From: a virus
Taxonomy: Duplodnaviria; Caudoviricetes
Virus record (IMG/VR): IMGVR_UViG_3300035501_000350
Span: 1 to 64,000 of that record
Reading direction: 5' to 3' (one strand)
Length of the DNA: 64,000 bases
Every line of letters starts with the position of its first letter. Within the stretch, counting starts at the first letter, position 1. This document shows, piece after piece, positions 38,311 to 48,785 of the stretch. Under the pieces are notes generated by a model. It saw nothing but the letters and a program-made list of their open reading frames with translations. It searched no databases and was not told the DNA's origin. Position numbers and translations under genes: made by a program.

Positions 38311-38739
38311 TTATTTCATTACTAGCACCGTAGTATCATAAACATTGCACTTACGTATTGGGGTAATTCCTAAAGACTCTGATATAGAAGTATCTTTATC
38401 ATAAGCATTAGCCCCATATTGGTACTTAAACTCTTTGTACCCTTCAACATGGCGAACAGTTAACGCATATAATTTATCAATAGTATTATTGAAATCAATA
38501 TTACTATTAATTGCTTCATGCGTTATCTTCCCATTGGCAGTAGCGATATCAATGCATGTACTATTACCAGCTTTGATGGTAAAGTGATACACGCTGTTAC
38601 CAGACTCAGAGATTCTTACATAAGCATACTCTATACCATGGTTACGTAGAAATCCGATAAGCCTCTGATGTTCGCTAGTTGGCTTATCGGATTTCTTATG
38701 CTTGTGATGATTAGTCTTCCTATCTTCCATCATCAGCAC
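38311..38739 (-). CDS. hypothetical early protein (tandem family member)
   Basis: IGFLRNHGIEYAYV resembles the N-termini of its upstream neighbours. Confidence 0.65.
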   Translation of the reverse strand: MLMMEDRKTNHHKHKKSDKPTSEHQRLIGFLRNHGIEYAYVRISESGNSVYHFTIKAGNSTCIDIATANGKITHEAINSNIDFNNTIDKLYALTVRHVEGYKEFKYQYGANAYDKDTSISESLGITPIRKCNVYDTTVLVMK

Positions 38740-39691
38740 TTCCTACCATTAATATAGTTCTAAGCCGATTAAGCTTATCCTTTCCCTTAATAAAACTGAG
38801 GTACAACCAATTAATGATATCGGTATTCACTCCAAATTCTTTAGAGAGTTTTTTAAATTCCTCATCCAATTGGCCTGGAGCATAATCTACATATTTTTCT
38901 TCAGACTCCGCTCCTGTATTGTTCTCCTCTTTAGAATTATCAAGCGTTTGTCTTGATACTTCTTCATTAAACTCAGTACTCTTATTAGAGGATTTGAAGC
39001 ATAAATCAGCCACGAATGAGGCAATATCGTTTGCCATACCGGTTTTCATCTTTTCAAGGTCGCTAATTTCAGCTTTAATCTTTGCAAGATCTCCATTAGT
39101 TTCAGTAAGCTCGTGTTCAAGATCATCTTCAGATCTGGAACTGCCGATGCTAGAAGTATCATTGGATCCATCTTGTTTGTCATACATTTGAGCTAAAGTG
39201 TGAAACAAGAAATCCCTTGCCAAGCTGGTCTTATTAGTTTTACGTTTGTCTATCTCTGCTTTGGACTTAGCAATTTTTTGCTTAATGGCATCTGCTGTGT
39301 CCTGAAGAGCTTCAACAGACGTACCGCCAGAGGAATTATCATATTCAGATTTCACAACCTCATGGGTTGATTCATCACACTTGTGGTCATCGGAGTATTT
39401 GGTGTATTTAAACCATCTTACTCTTACATATTTATCTGTCATGATCATCATATGCAGAAACTTCTCGATCGCAGAGTCTAGGGATTCATCCTTAATTACA
39501 TCAGCAAAGTAAAACTCATAATCATGAGTCTCACTAAAAGGATTCATTGCAAAATACATTACAATGTATCCGTATTTAGTAGCAACGCAGATGCTCTCCA
39601 TTGCTGGTTCGGATTCAGTTGCTGTATAATTAATGATGTAATGGTCAATCCTATTCTTCTTTAGAAAACCGAGTACATTTTTGTTTGTCAT
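38720..39691 (-). CDS. hypothetical early protein (tandem family; coiled-coil C-terminus)
   Basis: LGFLKKNRIDHY...VATKYGYI; GGAGG RBS. Confidence 0.75.
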   Translation of the reverse strand: MTNKNVLGFLKKNRIDHYIINYTATESEPAMESICVATKYGYIVMYFAMNPFSETHDYEFYFADVIKDESLDSAIEKFLHMMIMTDKYVRVRWFKYTKYSDDHKCDESTHEVVKSEYDNSSGGTSVEALQDTADAIKQKIAKSKAEIDKRKTNKTSLARDFLFHTLAQMYDKQDGSNDTSSIGSSRSEDDLEHELTETNGDLAKIKAEISDLEKMKTGMANDIASFVADLCFKSSNKSTEFNEEVSRQTLDNSKEENNTGAESEEKYVDYAPGQLDEEFKKLSKEFGVNTDIINWLYLSFIKGKDKLNRLRTILMVGSADDGR

Positions 39692-39751
39692 TTCTATTAC
39701 CTCCATCAATATATTATTAACCAGGGCTCCGAAAAGCCCTGGTTAATTTTA

Positions 39752-40441
39752 TCAAATTGTTAAGGCCGTTGATGCTGAGTAATCTTTCGTATCGGCCTTA
39801 TCTACGGATAAAATTTTTTGCGTACCATTTAATGTAGCGTGATCATCATAATTGTAGGTACGCCCATTACTATTTGGAGTTTCATTAGCCCCTCCAAATG
39901 CTTTATAAAATTGATCTTTAGATACAGAGCCAGCTTCAGCATCTTTATGCATACTGGATTCTGAATGCACATTTTTGTACTTTTCAGAACTATCTTTTAT
40001 CGCCTGTTCAGCGGCCGCCTTTAACGTATTAATCTGTTCATCACTAAGCTCCTTGATCGGCGTATTATTAATATCGACCTGTTTGGGATCATCTTCTTTA
40101 GCAGTATCAGTATCCTTGTGCTTTTTAGCGTTAGGCTTAGGAGGATCGGCGACATCATACTTGCCAACGTACAAGTACCAACTATTGTCTTTGCTAAACT
40201 TTCCATACTCTCCATCGTATAATAATGCTGCCGATATATGCTTTTTAATATAATCATCTAGAGTGCGCCCGCCATGTGCAACTGCATAATTTAAATACTT
40301 TTTGTAACCATCTGGTAGAAATCGTAACATAACAACTCCATATTTGGTTTGCACATACATATTGTCAACGCCATTTTCAGATGTTGTAAAGTAATTTAAT
40401 TCATTTTCCTTAATAATTTCAAGTACGCCATCATAATTCAT
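39752..40441 (-). CDS. hypothetical early protein (tandem family)
   Basis: VQTKYGVVMLRF motif. Confidence 0.75.
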   Translation of the reverse strand: MNYDGVLEIIKENELNYFTTSENGVDNMYVQTKYGVVMLRFLPDGYKKYLNYAVAHGGRTLDDYIKKHISAALLYDGEYGKFSKDNSWYLYVGKYDVADPPKPNAKKHKDTDTAKEDDPKQVDINNTPIKELSDEQINTLKAAAEQAIKDSSEKYKNVHSESSMHKDAEAGSVSKDQFYKAFGGANETPNSNGRTYNYDDHATLNGTQKILSVDKADTKDYSASTALTI

Positions 40442-40522
40442 TTTTATTTCCTCCATTAATATATTATTAACCAGGGCTCCGAAAAGCCCTGGTTAATTTG
40501 TCTAAGCGACTAGAATAAGTTA

Positions 40523-41221
40523 TTATTCGTCAATCTCGTGCCCAAATAAAATAGCTTCCATATTCTTTAATGGATTTTCCATTTTATTGGTAATGGGATT
40601 AAACCTAGCAAATTTATGGCAATTCTTTATATACCATTCTTGTGCATATTTTTTAGCCAATTCACGATCTTCAGCAGTGCCATATTCTGGAGTCTTATTA
40701 TCAACAGTATCTTCTGGATTAGCATCGTGATCTTCGATGGAATGTTCATCGGTGCTATCCTTAGAATGATCATTAGATCCATTGGTATCTAAGGCACTAA
40801 CGTACTCTTCTTTATAATTGTCACTATTAATAGGATGGGTTTGATTGTGACAATATCCAAGAGGATCGAACGGATTTCTAGTTCCAATTGGATTGTGCTC
40901 ATACTTTGGGGTATCGTTATACTTAACGATCTTCATATCATACAGATCATTGGATCCAAGCTTGGTTTTTACCAGGTGATATACAAAGTTATTGATAAAT
41001 GTGTCAAAGCGAACATCATCAAATGGCCTTACATTGTACAACTCAAGCGTTTCATGATCTGTACCTTCATCGGCGCTTTTAAAGTACAGCCTAATATGGC
41101 CATATTTAGTAGCTACAATCACATGCTGCTTTACCTGATCACGCTTATTGAATGTCATCACGGCATGGTCAATTTTCTCCCTTTCCAAATACGCAATCAT
41201 CTCAATGTTAGTCAGTCTCAT
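40523..41221 (-). CDS. hypothetical early protein (tandem family)
   Basis: YLEREKIDH...VATKYGHIRLYF. Confidence 0.75.
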   Translation of the reverse strand: MRLTNIEMIAYLEREKIDHAVMTFNKRDQVKQHVIVATKYGHIRLYFKSADEGTDHETLELYNVRPFDDVRFDTFINNFVYHLVKTKLGSNDLYDMKIVKYNDTPKYEHNPIGTRNPFDPLGYCHNQTHPINSDNYKEEYVSALDTNGSNDHSKDSTDEHSIEDHDANPEDTVDNKTPEYGTAEDRELAKKYAQEWYIKNCHKFARFNPITNKMENPLKNMEAILFGHEIDE

Positions 41222-41274
41222 TTTTTATTTACCTCCATTAATATATTATTAACAATAGCCTCGAAAGGCTATAG

Positions 41275-41730
41275 TTAATCCTTTTTGAAACCCTCAGGGT
41301 TATCCTTCATCGCCATCTTAATCTTATACCAGGCATCTTCAACCTGATCAAGATCAGGTTCCTTAGTTGGCGTATTGTTGATACTATCCTGATTTGTTTC
41401 ACAAATCACCTCTGTAGGCTTTTCTTCCTCTTCGCTATAGATAGCACGAGAAATGCTATAATAGTTAGGCGGATAGTTAAGAATAGTCATCTGCGATACC
41501 CTACCGTTAAGCTCGTCCATGTAGCTTAAATTTGAATGTATGGCATCTTTAAACTCTATGTCTCTAGGGTTGGTACTATCTTTAACCTTCTTATAGAAGA
41601 ACAATGTGGCTGAACCATCTTTGTTCCGCATATAAATCTCTGCATCTCCATTGTTACACATAACAGTGAAGTGCTCAATTTTGCGATTGTGCAGATACGC
41701 TACGGTATCATAGAAATTAAGTACGCTCAT
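41275..41730 (-). CDS. hypothetical early protein (tandem family)
   Basis: YLHNRKIEHFTV...IYMRNKDG. Confidence 0.7.
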   Translation of the reverse strand: MSVLNFYDTVAYLHNRKIEHFTVMCNNGDAEIYMRNKDGSATLFFYKKVKDSTNPRDIEFKDAIHSNLSYMDELNGRVSQMTILNYPPNYYSISRAIYSEEEEKPTEVICETNQDSINNTPTKEPDLDQVEDAWYKIKMAMKDNPEGFKKD

Positions 41731-42037
41731 TTTTAGTACCTCCAAATACTACTTGCTCTACGTTACAGATATACGGGGCGTCATCATTATAAACGGATGT
41801 TAGAATCTCATCAACCTTTTGTTTATACCCATGATCAGATATATACGTAACAGATAAAAACTCCAATCTGTTGTATGTGGTATTTGCATCAAATTTATAC
41901 TTGAAGTACAAATACCCACTATCGGTATTTTTTACATACACATCCTTACTTCCATCGGTGTAATTTACAGTAAAATTGTCGGTACAATTCAACTGTAATA
42001 GTTCTTTAATTCTGTAATAGTCAAACATCTCAATCAT
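41717..42037 (-). CDS. hypothetical early protein (tandem family)
   Basis: TDNFTVNY...VYVKNTDSGYLYF; GAGGAGG RBS. Confidence 0.7.
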   Translation of the reverse strand: MIEMFDYYRIKELLQLNCTDNFTVNYTDGSKDVYVKNTDSGYLYFKYKFDANTTYNRLEFLSVTYISDHGYKQKVDEILTSVYNDDAPYICNVEQVVFGGTKNERT

Positions 42038-42377
42038 CTTTAATTTCCTCCTCTGTAATTTTAGCATCTCTAGCACTAAATGCTGCAATACGCATGCTTA
42101 CAATTGATCTGTTATTGAAATCGGCTTCAAACATTCGATTCAATAGCTCATTAAGCATATCGTCGTAGTTGTATTCAGTGTCAAGTACATGCTCTACGCT
42201 ATCAAGTATTATTCTATAATAAATATCACCTACTTTGCTATAGCAAACTAGTAAGTACCCGCCATCATTTTTCTTTATGAATAATTCTACCGTATTTTTG
42301 TAATTAACCTCAAAATAATCTGTACGTGTTCTGTACAGTTCATCTTTAGTCGCATGATAATCTTGTAAATTAACCAT
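42030..42377 (-). CDS. hypothetical early protein (tandem family)
   Basis: TDYFEVNY...LFIKKNDGGYLL; early-type CATAATATA motif at ~42432-42440. Confidence 0.7.
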   Translation of the reverse strand: MVNLQDYHATKDELYRTRTDYFEVNYKNTVELFIKKNDGGYLLVCYSKVGDIYYRIILDSVEHVLDTEYNYDDMLNELLNRMFEADFNNRSIVSMRIAAFSARDAKITEEEIKDD

Positions 42378-42518
42378 TTTATTTACCTCCATTTGTTTTT
42401 AATCAAGTACATACTTTCTTGTACTCGTTATTATATTATGCAACTATTCCCAATTTTAATATATGCGTTTTTTGCTTAATCTGACATCAATATAATTAAA
42501 TAAATGGAGGATCAGCGT

Positions 42519-43685
42519 ATGAAAGATACTACCGCTATATTAGATACAGCTTACCCTGAAGTAGAGAAACAGATTAAAGCAAATCTATCTGGGTATAAGA
42601 AATACATTTCTAAATTTATCAATTCAAGATCAGCACTATTATACTCCAATATGCCGTCTAAGCAGATATATTTTACTAATGATGATGCAAAAGAATTCTT
42701 TGCTTCAATTAAATTAGATCAGAAGATTATTAAGACAGCCATACAGCATACTTATTACGCCGATGTAGCAAAGTTCAATCCAAGATATGCTAAAGATGAA
42801 TGTACAGTGGCAATGTTATGCATAGTGAGATACTTTAAGCTTCATAATATGTCTAAAGAGCTTGAGCTGGCATTAATCAATATGGCATTTAGTGGTAAGT
42901 ATTACCCGTCTATATGGTATGGTTCATTTAGATTTCCTGTAAATGAATATATAATGGAATATGTTGTAGAACATGTACTGTCTAATAAGTTTGATATTGT
43001 CCGTGAGGGTAATGTAATTGGAGCTGTTAAATCTATTGCTAAAACATGGAGTACAACGTACAATCAGAAATTCAAGGATTTCCATGATGATGATTGTGTT
43101 TATCTAATTCAGCAGCTTCATAATAGACTTAGATCATTTATGTCTAATATTGCTAATGTATATTTTGATTATAATGAAAGAAAAGACGCTTATCTAACAT
43201 ATGATTCTGATGATGTTGGGGATACTAATTATAGATTAGCAGATTCTGATTCATTTATGCTTAACCGTACTGTAGAGAATACTATGACTTACATTAACTC
43301 TCATGGCATAGATACTAGAATATGTAAGATGGCAACAAATGATCTAATTAAGATGGATGAGCTTAAGAGCATCATAGAGAATATCTTAATGAATTCCGAT
43401 AATCTGCCATTGATTAAAGAGTTTGTTACGTTAATGATTGTTACATACTATAATCAATCAAAAAAGAAAGATGTTAGAGACTTAGACTTTATATCTTTCT
43501 CTATTAAAGCAAAGCCTAATAATAAAGATAAATACATCACCAGACAGAAAGAGTTGTTAAACCAAATCCTTATTAATAATTCAGAGCAGTTCTCTAGAAG
43601 ACGTAATAGAGCTGCAACTGAATCTGCTTATTATAGATCTATTAATGCATACTTTGCGTTAATAATTCAGCAAGCAAATAAATAA
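42519..43685 (+). CDS. hypothetical late (probably virion) protein
   Basis: long ORF, GACA-N6-TA motif and GGAGG RBS. Confidence 0.78.
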   Translation: MKDTTAILDTAYPEVEKQIKANLSGYKKYISKFINSRSALLYSNMPSKQIYFTNDDAKEFFASIKLDQKIIKTAIQHTYYADVAKFNPRYAKDECTVAMLCIVRYFKLHNMSKELELALINMAFSGKYYPSIWYGSFRFPVNEYIMEYVVEHVLSNKFDIVREGNVIGAVKSIAKTWSTTYNQKFKDFHDDDCVYLIQQLHNRLRSFMSNIANVYFDYNERKDAYLTYDSDDVGDTNYRLADSDSFMLNRTVENTMTYINSHGIDTRICKMATNDLIKMDELKSIIENILMNSDNLPLIKEFVTLMIVTYYNQSKKKDVRDLDFISFSIKAKPNNKDKYITRQKELLNQILINNSEQFSRRRNRAATESAYYRSINAYFALIIQQANK

Positions 43686-43877
43686 AGCGGACGACTTATC
43701 CGTATGGGGAAACCCATACGGATAAATCTAATGTGTAAAACTGCAATCGGAAATGTATTGGAGGTCTTAATGTCACATAATCGACACCATACAAAAGCAA
43801 TCCAAGTTAGGTGGGGAGAGCAAGAATTAAACTCACTCGCTTGGATTTACATTTATGTTACATATATTGTAAAATAT

Positions 43878-44627
43878 TTAACCTATAATAAATCTAGGAC
43901 GAATACAGTATTTAGTATCTGCATGCTGTGCAATATTGCTTACGCCATAAAATACACAGAAGAATCTTGATGAGCCGCAACAATCACGTTCATACCATTC
44001 TTCAAGTTTTCCTCTATCATTATGTAATGTTTCTATACCATGAAGCATCCTAAATCCACTTATTCTGCGGGTTAATAATCCACTGATGTGGTCATGATCC
44101 TTAAAACCAAATATCTCTAGCTGGTTCATTAATATAGATTTAACAGATACTAATTCAGTACCATCTTTATTATCTGTAGATACTATCTCATTGTAAGATA
44201 ACAGATGTTTTCCAAATATAGCTTCTAGTTTCTTATCTATAGAAGGAATAACCTCATTAAACATATAAGAACCCTTATAACCTGTAAGGTTAATCGCTTC
44301 TGGATTCATCTTATCATATTCTAGTGGATTATCGGGTACTATTAACAAATGATGAGTATCAGCAATACCGCTTTCTTCTATACCCCAATATGGATCTACA
44401 TCCATAATTCTAAACTTGATGGTTGTATTACCGTAATCAGCAGTAAAAGTATCACCAACGTATAGATCATTAAATGCTCCATTAGATACATCGTGCAGCA
44501 GCATAAAGTTATCTATGTTTTTTATGCTTACAGAGCCTAGATCATTTTCTCTATAAGCACGTCTCTTAGCAGCAATATAGTCATCAACGTCTACTAGTAC
44601 TTTATTGCTCTTTCCTTTAGTTCCCAT
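43878..44627 (-). CDS. adhesin family A paralogue, orphan outside the array
   Basis: YRENDLG, DLYVGDTF, THHLLIVPD, ends CIRPRFIIG; no 22-bp site upstream. Confidence 0.75.
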   Translation of the reverse strand: MGTKGKSNKVLVDVDDYIAAKRRAYRENDLGSVSIKNIDNFMLLHDVSNGAFNDLYVGDTFTADYGNTTIKFRIMDVDPYWGIEESGIADTHHLLIVPDNPLEYDKMNPEAINLTGYKGSYMFNEVIPSIDKKLEAIFGKHLLSYNEIVSTDNKDGTELVSVKSILMNQLEIFGFKDHDHISGLLTRRISGFRMLHGIETLHNDRGKLEEWYERDCCGSSRFFCVFYGVSNIAQHADTKYCIRPRFIIG

Positions 44628-44652
44628 AGTGTATCAATTCCCTTACAAAAAA

Positions 44653-45861
44653 TTATGTGGTTTTTCTACTATCACTTGTAAGTGTTACTGTGCTAGTAGA
44701 GCTAGAAGTTTTACTACTGGTGGTTGTTGTAGATGAAGCTTTAACGATAGTTCCATCTGCAGCAGAAATATATGTAGAATCTACGAATCCGTAAGTAGTA
44801 CCATTGATACAGATATAATACCATACATGATTAGAACTATCATAAACAGCGTCACAAACCTGTACTGTAGTACCATTAGTAATTGCAGGGATAGAAATAA
44901 GACGGCTATATTTAGTTCCTGCCCATGTACGTACGTTCAAAGAGTCTGCAGTAACAACACCAATAAACTTAGATGTTTTATTAAGATTAGAACCATTACC
45001 AACAGTAATTGTTGCAGTAGTATTAGTAACACTACTAGCAGGAATAAATCCATAGATCTTACTATTGATCAATACATAATACCAGTTAGCACCAGAGCTA
45101 TCAGCAATAGTATCGCATACACCAACAGAAGTTCCCTTAGTAATCTTGCTAATAGACTTTAAAGTACTATTAGTGGCTCCAGCCCAGCTTCTGGGGATTA
45201 CATCCTGATTAACACTACCAGTCCACTGAACTGTCTTAGAAATGCCTGTAGACGTAGTAGTAGTGGTCTTAGATGTCGTAGTACTAGAGCTGGTGGTAGT
45301 TGTTGTAGTGGAAGTTGATCCACTAGGATTAGTATCACCATCAAATGCGGGATAGCCATAGCCATAGATAGTAGAATTAGTTCTACGGTAAGTGCATCTA
45401 GACACTTGATCATTACTATTACCCTCAATAGTATATACGTAAGTATTATCATATTTAACAACCATGCCTGTATGGTAAAGATTGCTAGGGGCCGAACCAA
45501 AGAAAATCTGAGCTCCAAGCTTAGGAGTCTCACCAACACGACCTTTAGCTTTATAATAGCTATAACTATAGATGCACCCGGCGCCAGCACTCTTTAACGG
45601 CTGGCACGTAAGCTCAAGAGTTTTATCTAATCCAAATGCAGTTAACATACACCAATCATAGAAAAGATCGCACCATGCGTATCCATTCTTATTACCATTG
45701 TAAAATGTAGGATACTTGGAATAGATATCTCTAGCATACTTGGTGTAGTTGTTAGAGCCAGAGTTAGCAGTATTACTATCTAAGTTAGCATTACTTGCCT
45801 TCTCATGATAACCAACTTGTGATTCAGCTGTAGCAATTAAATCACTAGCATATGCTTTCAT
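44653..45861 (-). CDS. CHAP-domain cell-wall hydrolase with two SH3b-like domains
   Basis: AWCDLF (catalytic Cys), HTGMV (His), TIEGNS; Thr/Ser linker; two LNVRTWAG-type repeats. Confidence 0.88.
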   Translation of the reverse strand: MKAYASDLIATAESQVGYHEKASNANLDSNTANSGSNNYTKYARDIYSKYPTFYNGNKNGYAWCDLFYDWCMLTAFGLDKTLELTCQPLKSAGAGCIYSYSYYKAKGRVGETPKLGAQIFFGSAPSNLYHTGMVVKYDNTYVYTIEGNSNDQVSRCTYRRTNSTIYGYGYPAFDGDTNPSGSTSTTTTTTSSSTTTSKTTTTTSTGISKTVQWTGSVNQDVIPRSWAGATNSTLKSISKITKGTSVGVCDTIADSSGANWYYVLINSKIYGFIPASSVTNTTATITVGNGSNLNKTSKFIGVVTADSLNVRTWAGTKYSRLISIPAITNGTTVQVCDAVYDSSNHVWYYICINGTTYGFVDSTYISAADGTIVKASSTTTTSSKTSSSTSTVTLTSDSRKTT

Positions 45862-45916
45862 AATAATCGCTCCTTTCTAATTATTACTAAGATGTAATAA
45901 AAAGAAAGAAAAACAC

Positions 45917-46192
45917 TTACTCATCTTTAATATATTTACGCTTTAATTTCTTACTTGGGTTTTGGCGTTTATTCTTTCCTACCGCTATTCCGCTTCTTCC
46001 AGATTGGTCTCTAGATGTATGAGATGCTAATACATCGTCATCCAATTCAAATGTAGGAATCTGTTGCATCATAGACCTTAATTTTGCAGGAGTCCACGCT
46101 ATTCGTTTTCCTGTATTTTGTGATTTAGCATCTGAATATCTCTCTAGATTGGTCAAGAATATTTCTAAATCACTTGCTCTAATTATCTTCAT
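45917..46192 (-). CDS. hypothetical basic protein
   Basis: 91-aa ORF with GAGGG RBS. Confidence 0.6.
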   Translation of the reverse strand: MKIIRASDLEIFLTNLERYSDAKSQNTGKRIAWTPAKLRSMMQQIPTFELDDDVLASHTSRDQSGRSGIAVGKNKRQNPSKKLKRKYIKDE

Positions 46193-46285
46193 TAGTTATG
46201 TCCCTCTCTATAAATGTACCAAAAAATATAGATACGGCGAATATAGTCGTAGATGGTTTTACCCACCTACGACTATATTATTGAT

Positions 46286-48646
46286 TTACTCTTTACGAAT
46301 TAGTTCTGCCTTGATAATTCCATCTTTACAAAGCTTTACTCCTGCACTAATAGATGAACCTACAGGGATATCGTTATCGTTAATCTCTATTACTTCATCT
46401 ACTCTTGTTACTTTGATAACAGAATTACCACTGCATGTGAATACATTCTTAATGTAATCTCCCTTTGTAAGTTTAATTACATTACTCCCCGATTTGTTTC
46501 TACCGCTAGATGGCAATACAGATGGAAGGATCTTATTGAATTTACCCTTAGCGGTTACAACAATAAGCTCTTTAGTATCTGTAGTGATAACAGAAATTCC
46601 ATCTATTGGATCTCTAGTCTTCATAGCCTGATTACCAAGAGTTGCTCTCTTAAGATAAGGAATCTCATTAATACTAAACCTAAGAGCTTTAGATTTGGTA
46701 TAAACTACAATATCAGATTTATGATTAGCAATAAGAATATCACAAATCTGATCTCCCTTATTGAGCTTAGAGTAAATGATACCGCTTGGAGTAGCATTGA
46801 TTACATCGTCTAGATCCATCTTCTTGATAAGACCATTCTTAGTCACTGTGACAATATAATACTTAGATTGCTTATTTGCCAGCATCTCAATTATAGGCAC
46901 ATACATTACCGATATGATATTGCTAGTGGCTTTCTTAATAAGCATTCTAATATCAATGCCAGGGCTATTCTTGTCCGTAAACGAAATCTTATTGACTGGT
47001 AGTCTAAATACTTTACCCTGCTGGTCAAACAGAAGAAGATCTTTAGCATTATCAGCAATAGTAATACATTTAGGTTGATCTCCACCTACGACTTTAATGG
47101 GATCGTTAATAGCCATCTTCTTAATGAAGTTCTGCTCTGTAAGAACAACCTTGAATTCACCCTCTGGAATATCAGAAGCTTCACTTTCAGAAATGATAAC
47201 ACTCTTTCTAGGTTTACCATATCTATCTTTGATATCAATAAGCTCAGCCTCAATCTCTTGGTCTATCATCTCTTCATGAGTGACCATGTTGATATATCCA
47301 GCAACCTCAGCGTTAAGTCTAGCCTGTTCTTCTTTATACTTATTGAGATGCCCCTTAGACAGACGACCAATCTCTGTATGAAGAACAAATTTAGCCTGTA
47401 AATCTGTAATCTTAAGCTTCTTCATCAACCATTCTATCAGATAATTCTCATCCATAGAATTCTGATTTCTAATCATATGGATAATATTCTCCACATCACC
47501 AGACTCCAGAATCTTAATATAAGTATCAATCTGATGCAATCTAGTTTCTGCTTTCTGAAGCTTAATGTTATAGAGTCTAAACTTACACTCTCTACGGAAC
47601 TCTAAGAAGTATGCGATATAAGCCTTATAACTCATACGTCTAATATTAGTTCCATCAATTACTTCCATATTGACTCTCTTTAAATCTTGCAAAGAAGTAT
47701 TCCTATACAAAGTTTGCTTTACATAGTTTGCATCAGAACCCTTCTTTAGGATCAAATGGATATCCAACTCGCTGTCAGTAGAATGATCTTGAATATCAGC
47801 AATCTGTACAAGCTTATTATTCTTGATAAGATTGTCAATACTCTCCATGATAGAGTTCGCTGTTACCATGTCAGGAACAGATCTAATTCTAAGAATCTGA
47901 GTTCCATTATTAAGAGTATCAGTCTCAATGATCCCTCTTTCTGTGAAATAACCAAATCCCATATTGGAAAGTTTTTTCCAATCTGCATTTACTATCTCAC
48001 ATTTCTGGCATGGGTCAGGAATCAATACTACTTTAGCATTGGGATTATGAAGTACTGCTATAGTGGCATCAATAACATCATTAAGACTATGCGGAGGAAC
48101 CTCAATTCTTCTACCAATAGCAATACCAAATACGCCATTAACCAACAGCAGAGGAACTTTAACAGGTAAACACTCTGGCTCTACTGTATGGTTATCAAAT
48201 GTCTTCTGCCAGTCTACAACATTCTTAGACACAGCCATATCTCCAAATAAACAATCAACAGAGAATTTACTAAGATAGGATTCTGTATATCGCATTGCTG
48301 CCTGAGGGCCACCCTGAATAGACCCAGAGTTTGAATCATAATTAATCAATGGTACTTTGATTTCCCATTCATTAGTCATGGGTTTCATTGATTCATAGAC
48401 AGATGCATCACCATGTCCATGATAGCTTGCGATTACTGCACCTACAGTATTAGCACTCTTACGTTTAGTTGCCGAGGAAACACATCCAATGTCATTCCAC
48501 ATTGCATACAGAACTCTTCTTTGTACTGGCTTTAAACCATCCCGAATATCAGGAACAAATCTATTATATAATACATAGATACTATATCTTGCCATATTAC
48601 TCATGTATTGATCATGAGCGTCTACTTTGACTATATTGTCTTTCAT
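46286..48646 (-). CDS. gyrA: type IIA topoisomerase subunit A (GyrA/ParC-like)
   Basis: PDIRDGLKPVQRR, HGHGDASVY, catalytic AAMRYTE, C-terminal pinwheel-like repeats. Confidence 0.95.
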   Translation of the reverse strand: MKDNIVKVDAHDQYMSNMARYSIYVLYNRFVPDIRDGLKPVQRRVLYAMWNDIGCVSSATKRKSANTVGAVIASYHGHGDASVYESMKPMTNEWEIKVPLINYDSNSGSIQGGPQAAMRYTESYLSKFSVDCLFGDMAVSKNVVDWQKTFDNHTVEPECLPVKVPLLLVNGVFGIAIGRRIEVPPHSLNDVIDATIAVLHNPNAKVVLIPDPCQKCEIVNADWKKLSNMGFGYFTERGIIETDTLNNGTQILRIRSVPDMVTANSIMESIDNLIKNNKLVQIADIQDHSTDSELDIHLILKKGSDANYVKQTLYRNTSLQDLKRVNMEVIDGTNIRRMSYKAYIAYFLEFRRECKFRLYNIKLQKAETRLHQIDTYIKILESGDVENIIHMIRNQNSMDENYLIEWLMKKLKITDLQAKFVLHTEIGRLSKGHLNKYKEEQARLNAEVAGYINMVTHEEMIDQEIEAELIDIKDRYGKPRKSVIISESEASDIPEGEFKVVLTEQNFIKKMAINDPIKVVGGDQPKCITIADNAKDLLLFDQQGKVFRLPVNKISFTDKNSPGIDIRMLIKKATSNIISVMYVPIIEMLANKQSKYYIVTVTKNGLIKKMDLDDVINATPSGIIYSKLNKGDQICDILIANHKSDIVVYTKSKALRFSINEIPYLKRATLGNQAMKTRDPIDGISVITTDTKELIVVTAKGKFNKILPSVLPSSGRNKSGSNVIKLTKGDYIKNVFTCSGNSVIKVTRVDEVIEINDNDIPVGSSISAGVKLCKDGIIKAELIRKE

Positions 48647-48785
48647 ATATTATAATACCTCCTTTGACTTCATTATTATAATATACATTCAAAATTAAAA
48701 TTGCACAAGAACAACTCGGTAGATCACTCTACCGAGCTATTCTTATGTTAATCGAAGGAGACTAACAGTTAGCTAGCATAATTAA

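Larger units (their letters stand above)
39700..41279 (-). repeat. repeated intergenic UUCG-hairpin + RBS module, 3 copies
   Basis: 39700-39749 and 40450-40499 differ at 1 nt; 41232-41279 has a different stem but the same TTCG loop and TAATATATT..TGGAGG tail. Confidence 0.85.

Noticed and set aside
21381-44627. Complete active DGR
   Set aside because: No reverse transcriptase, avd or template repeat in the window, and variable regions differ by indels, not only at adenines.
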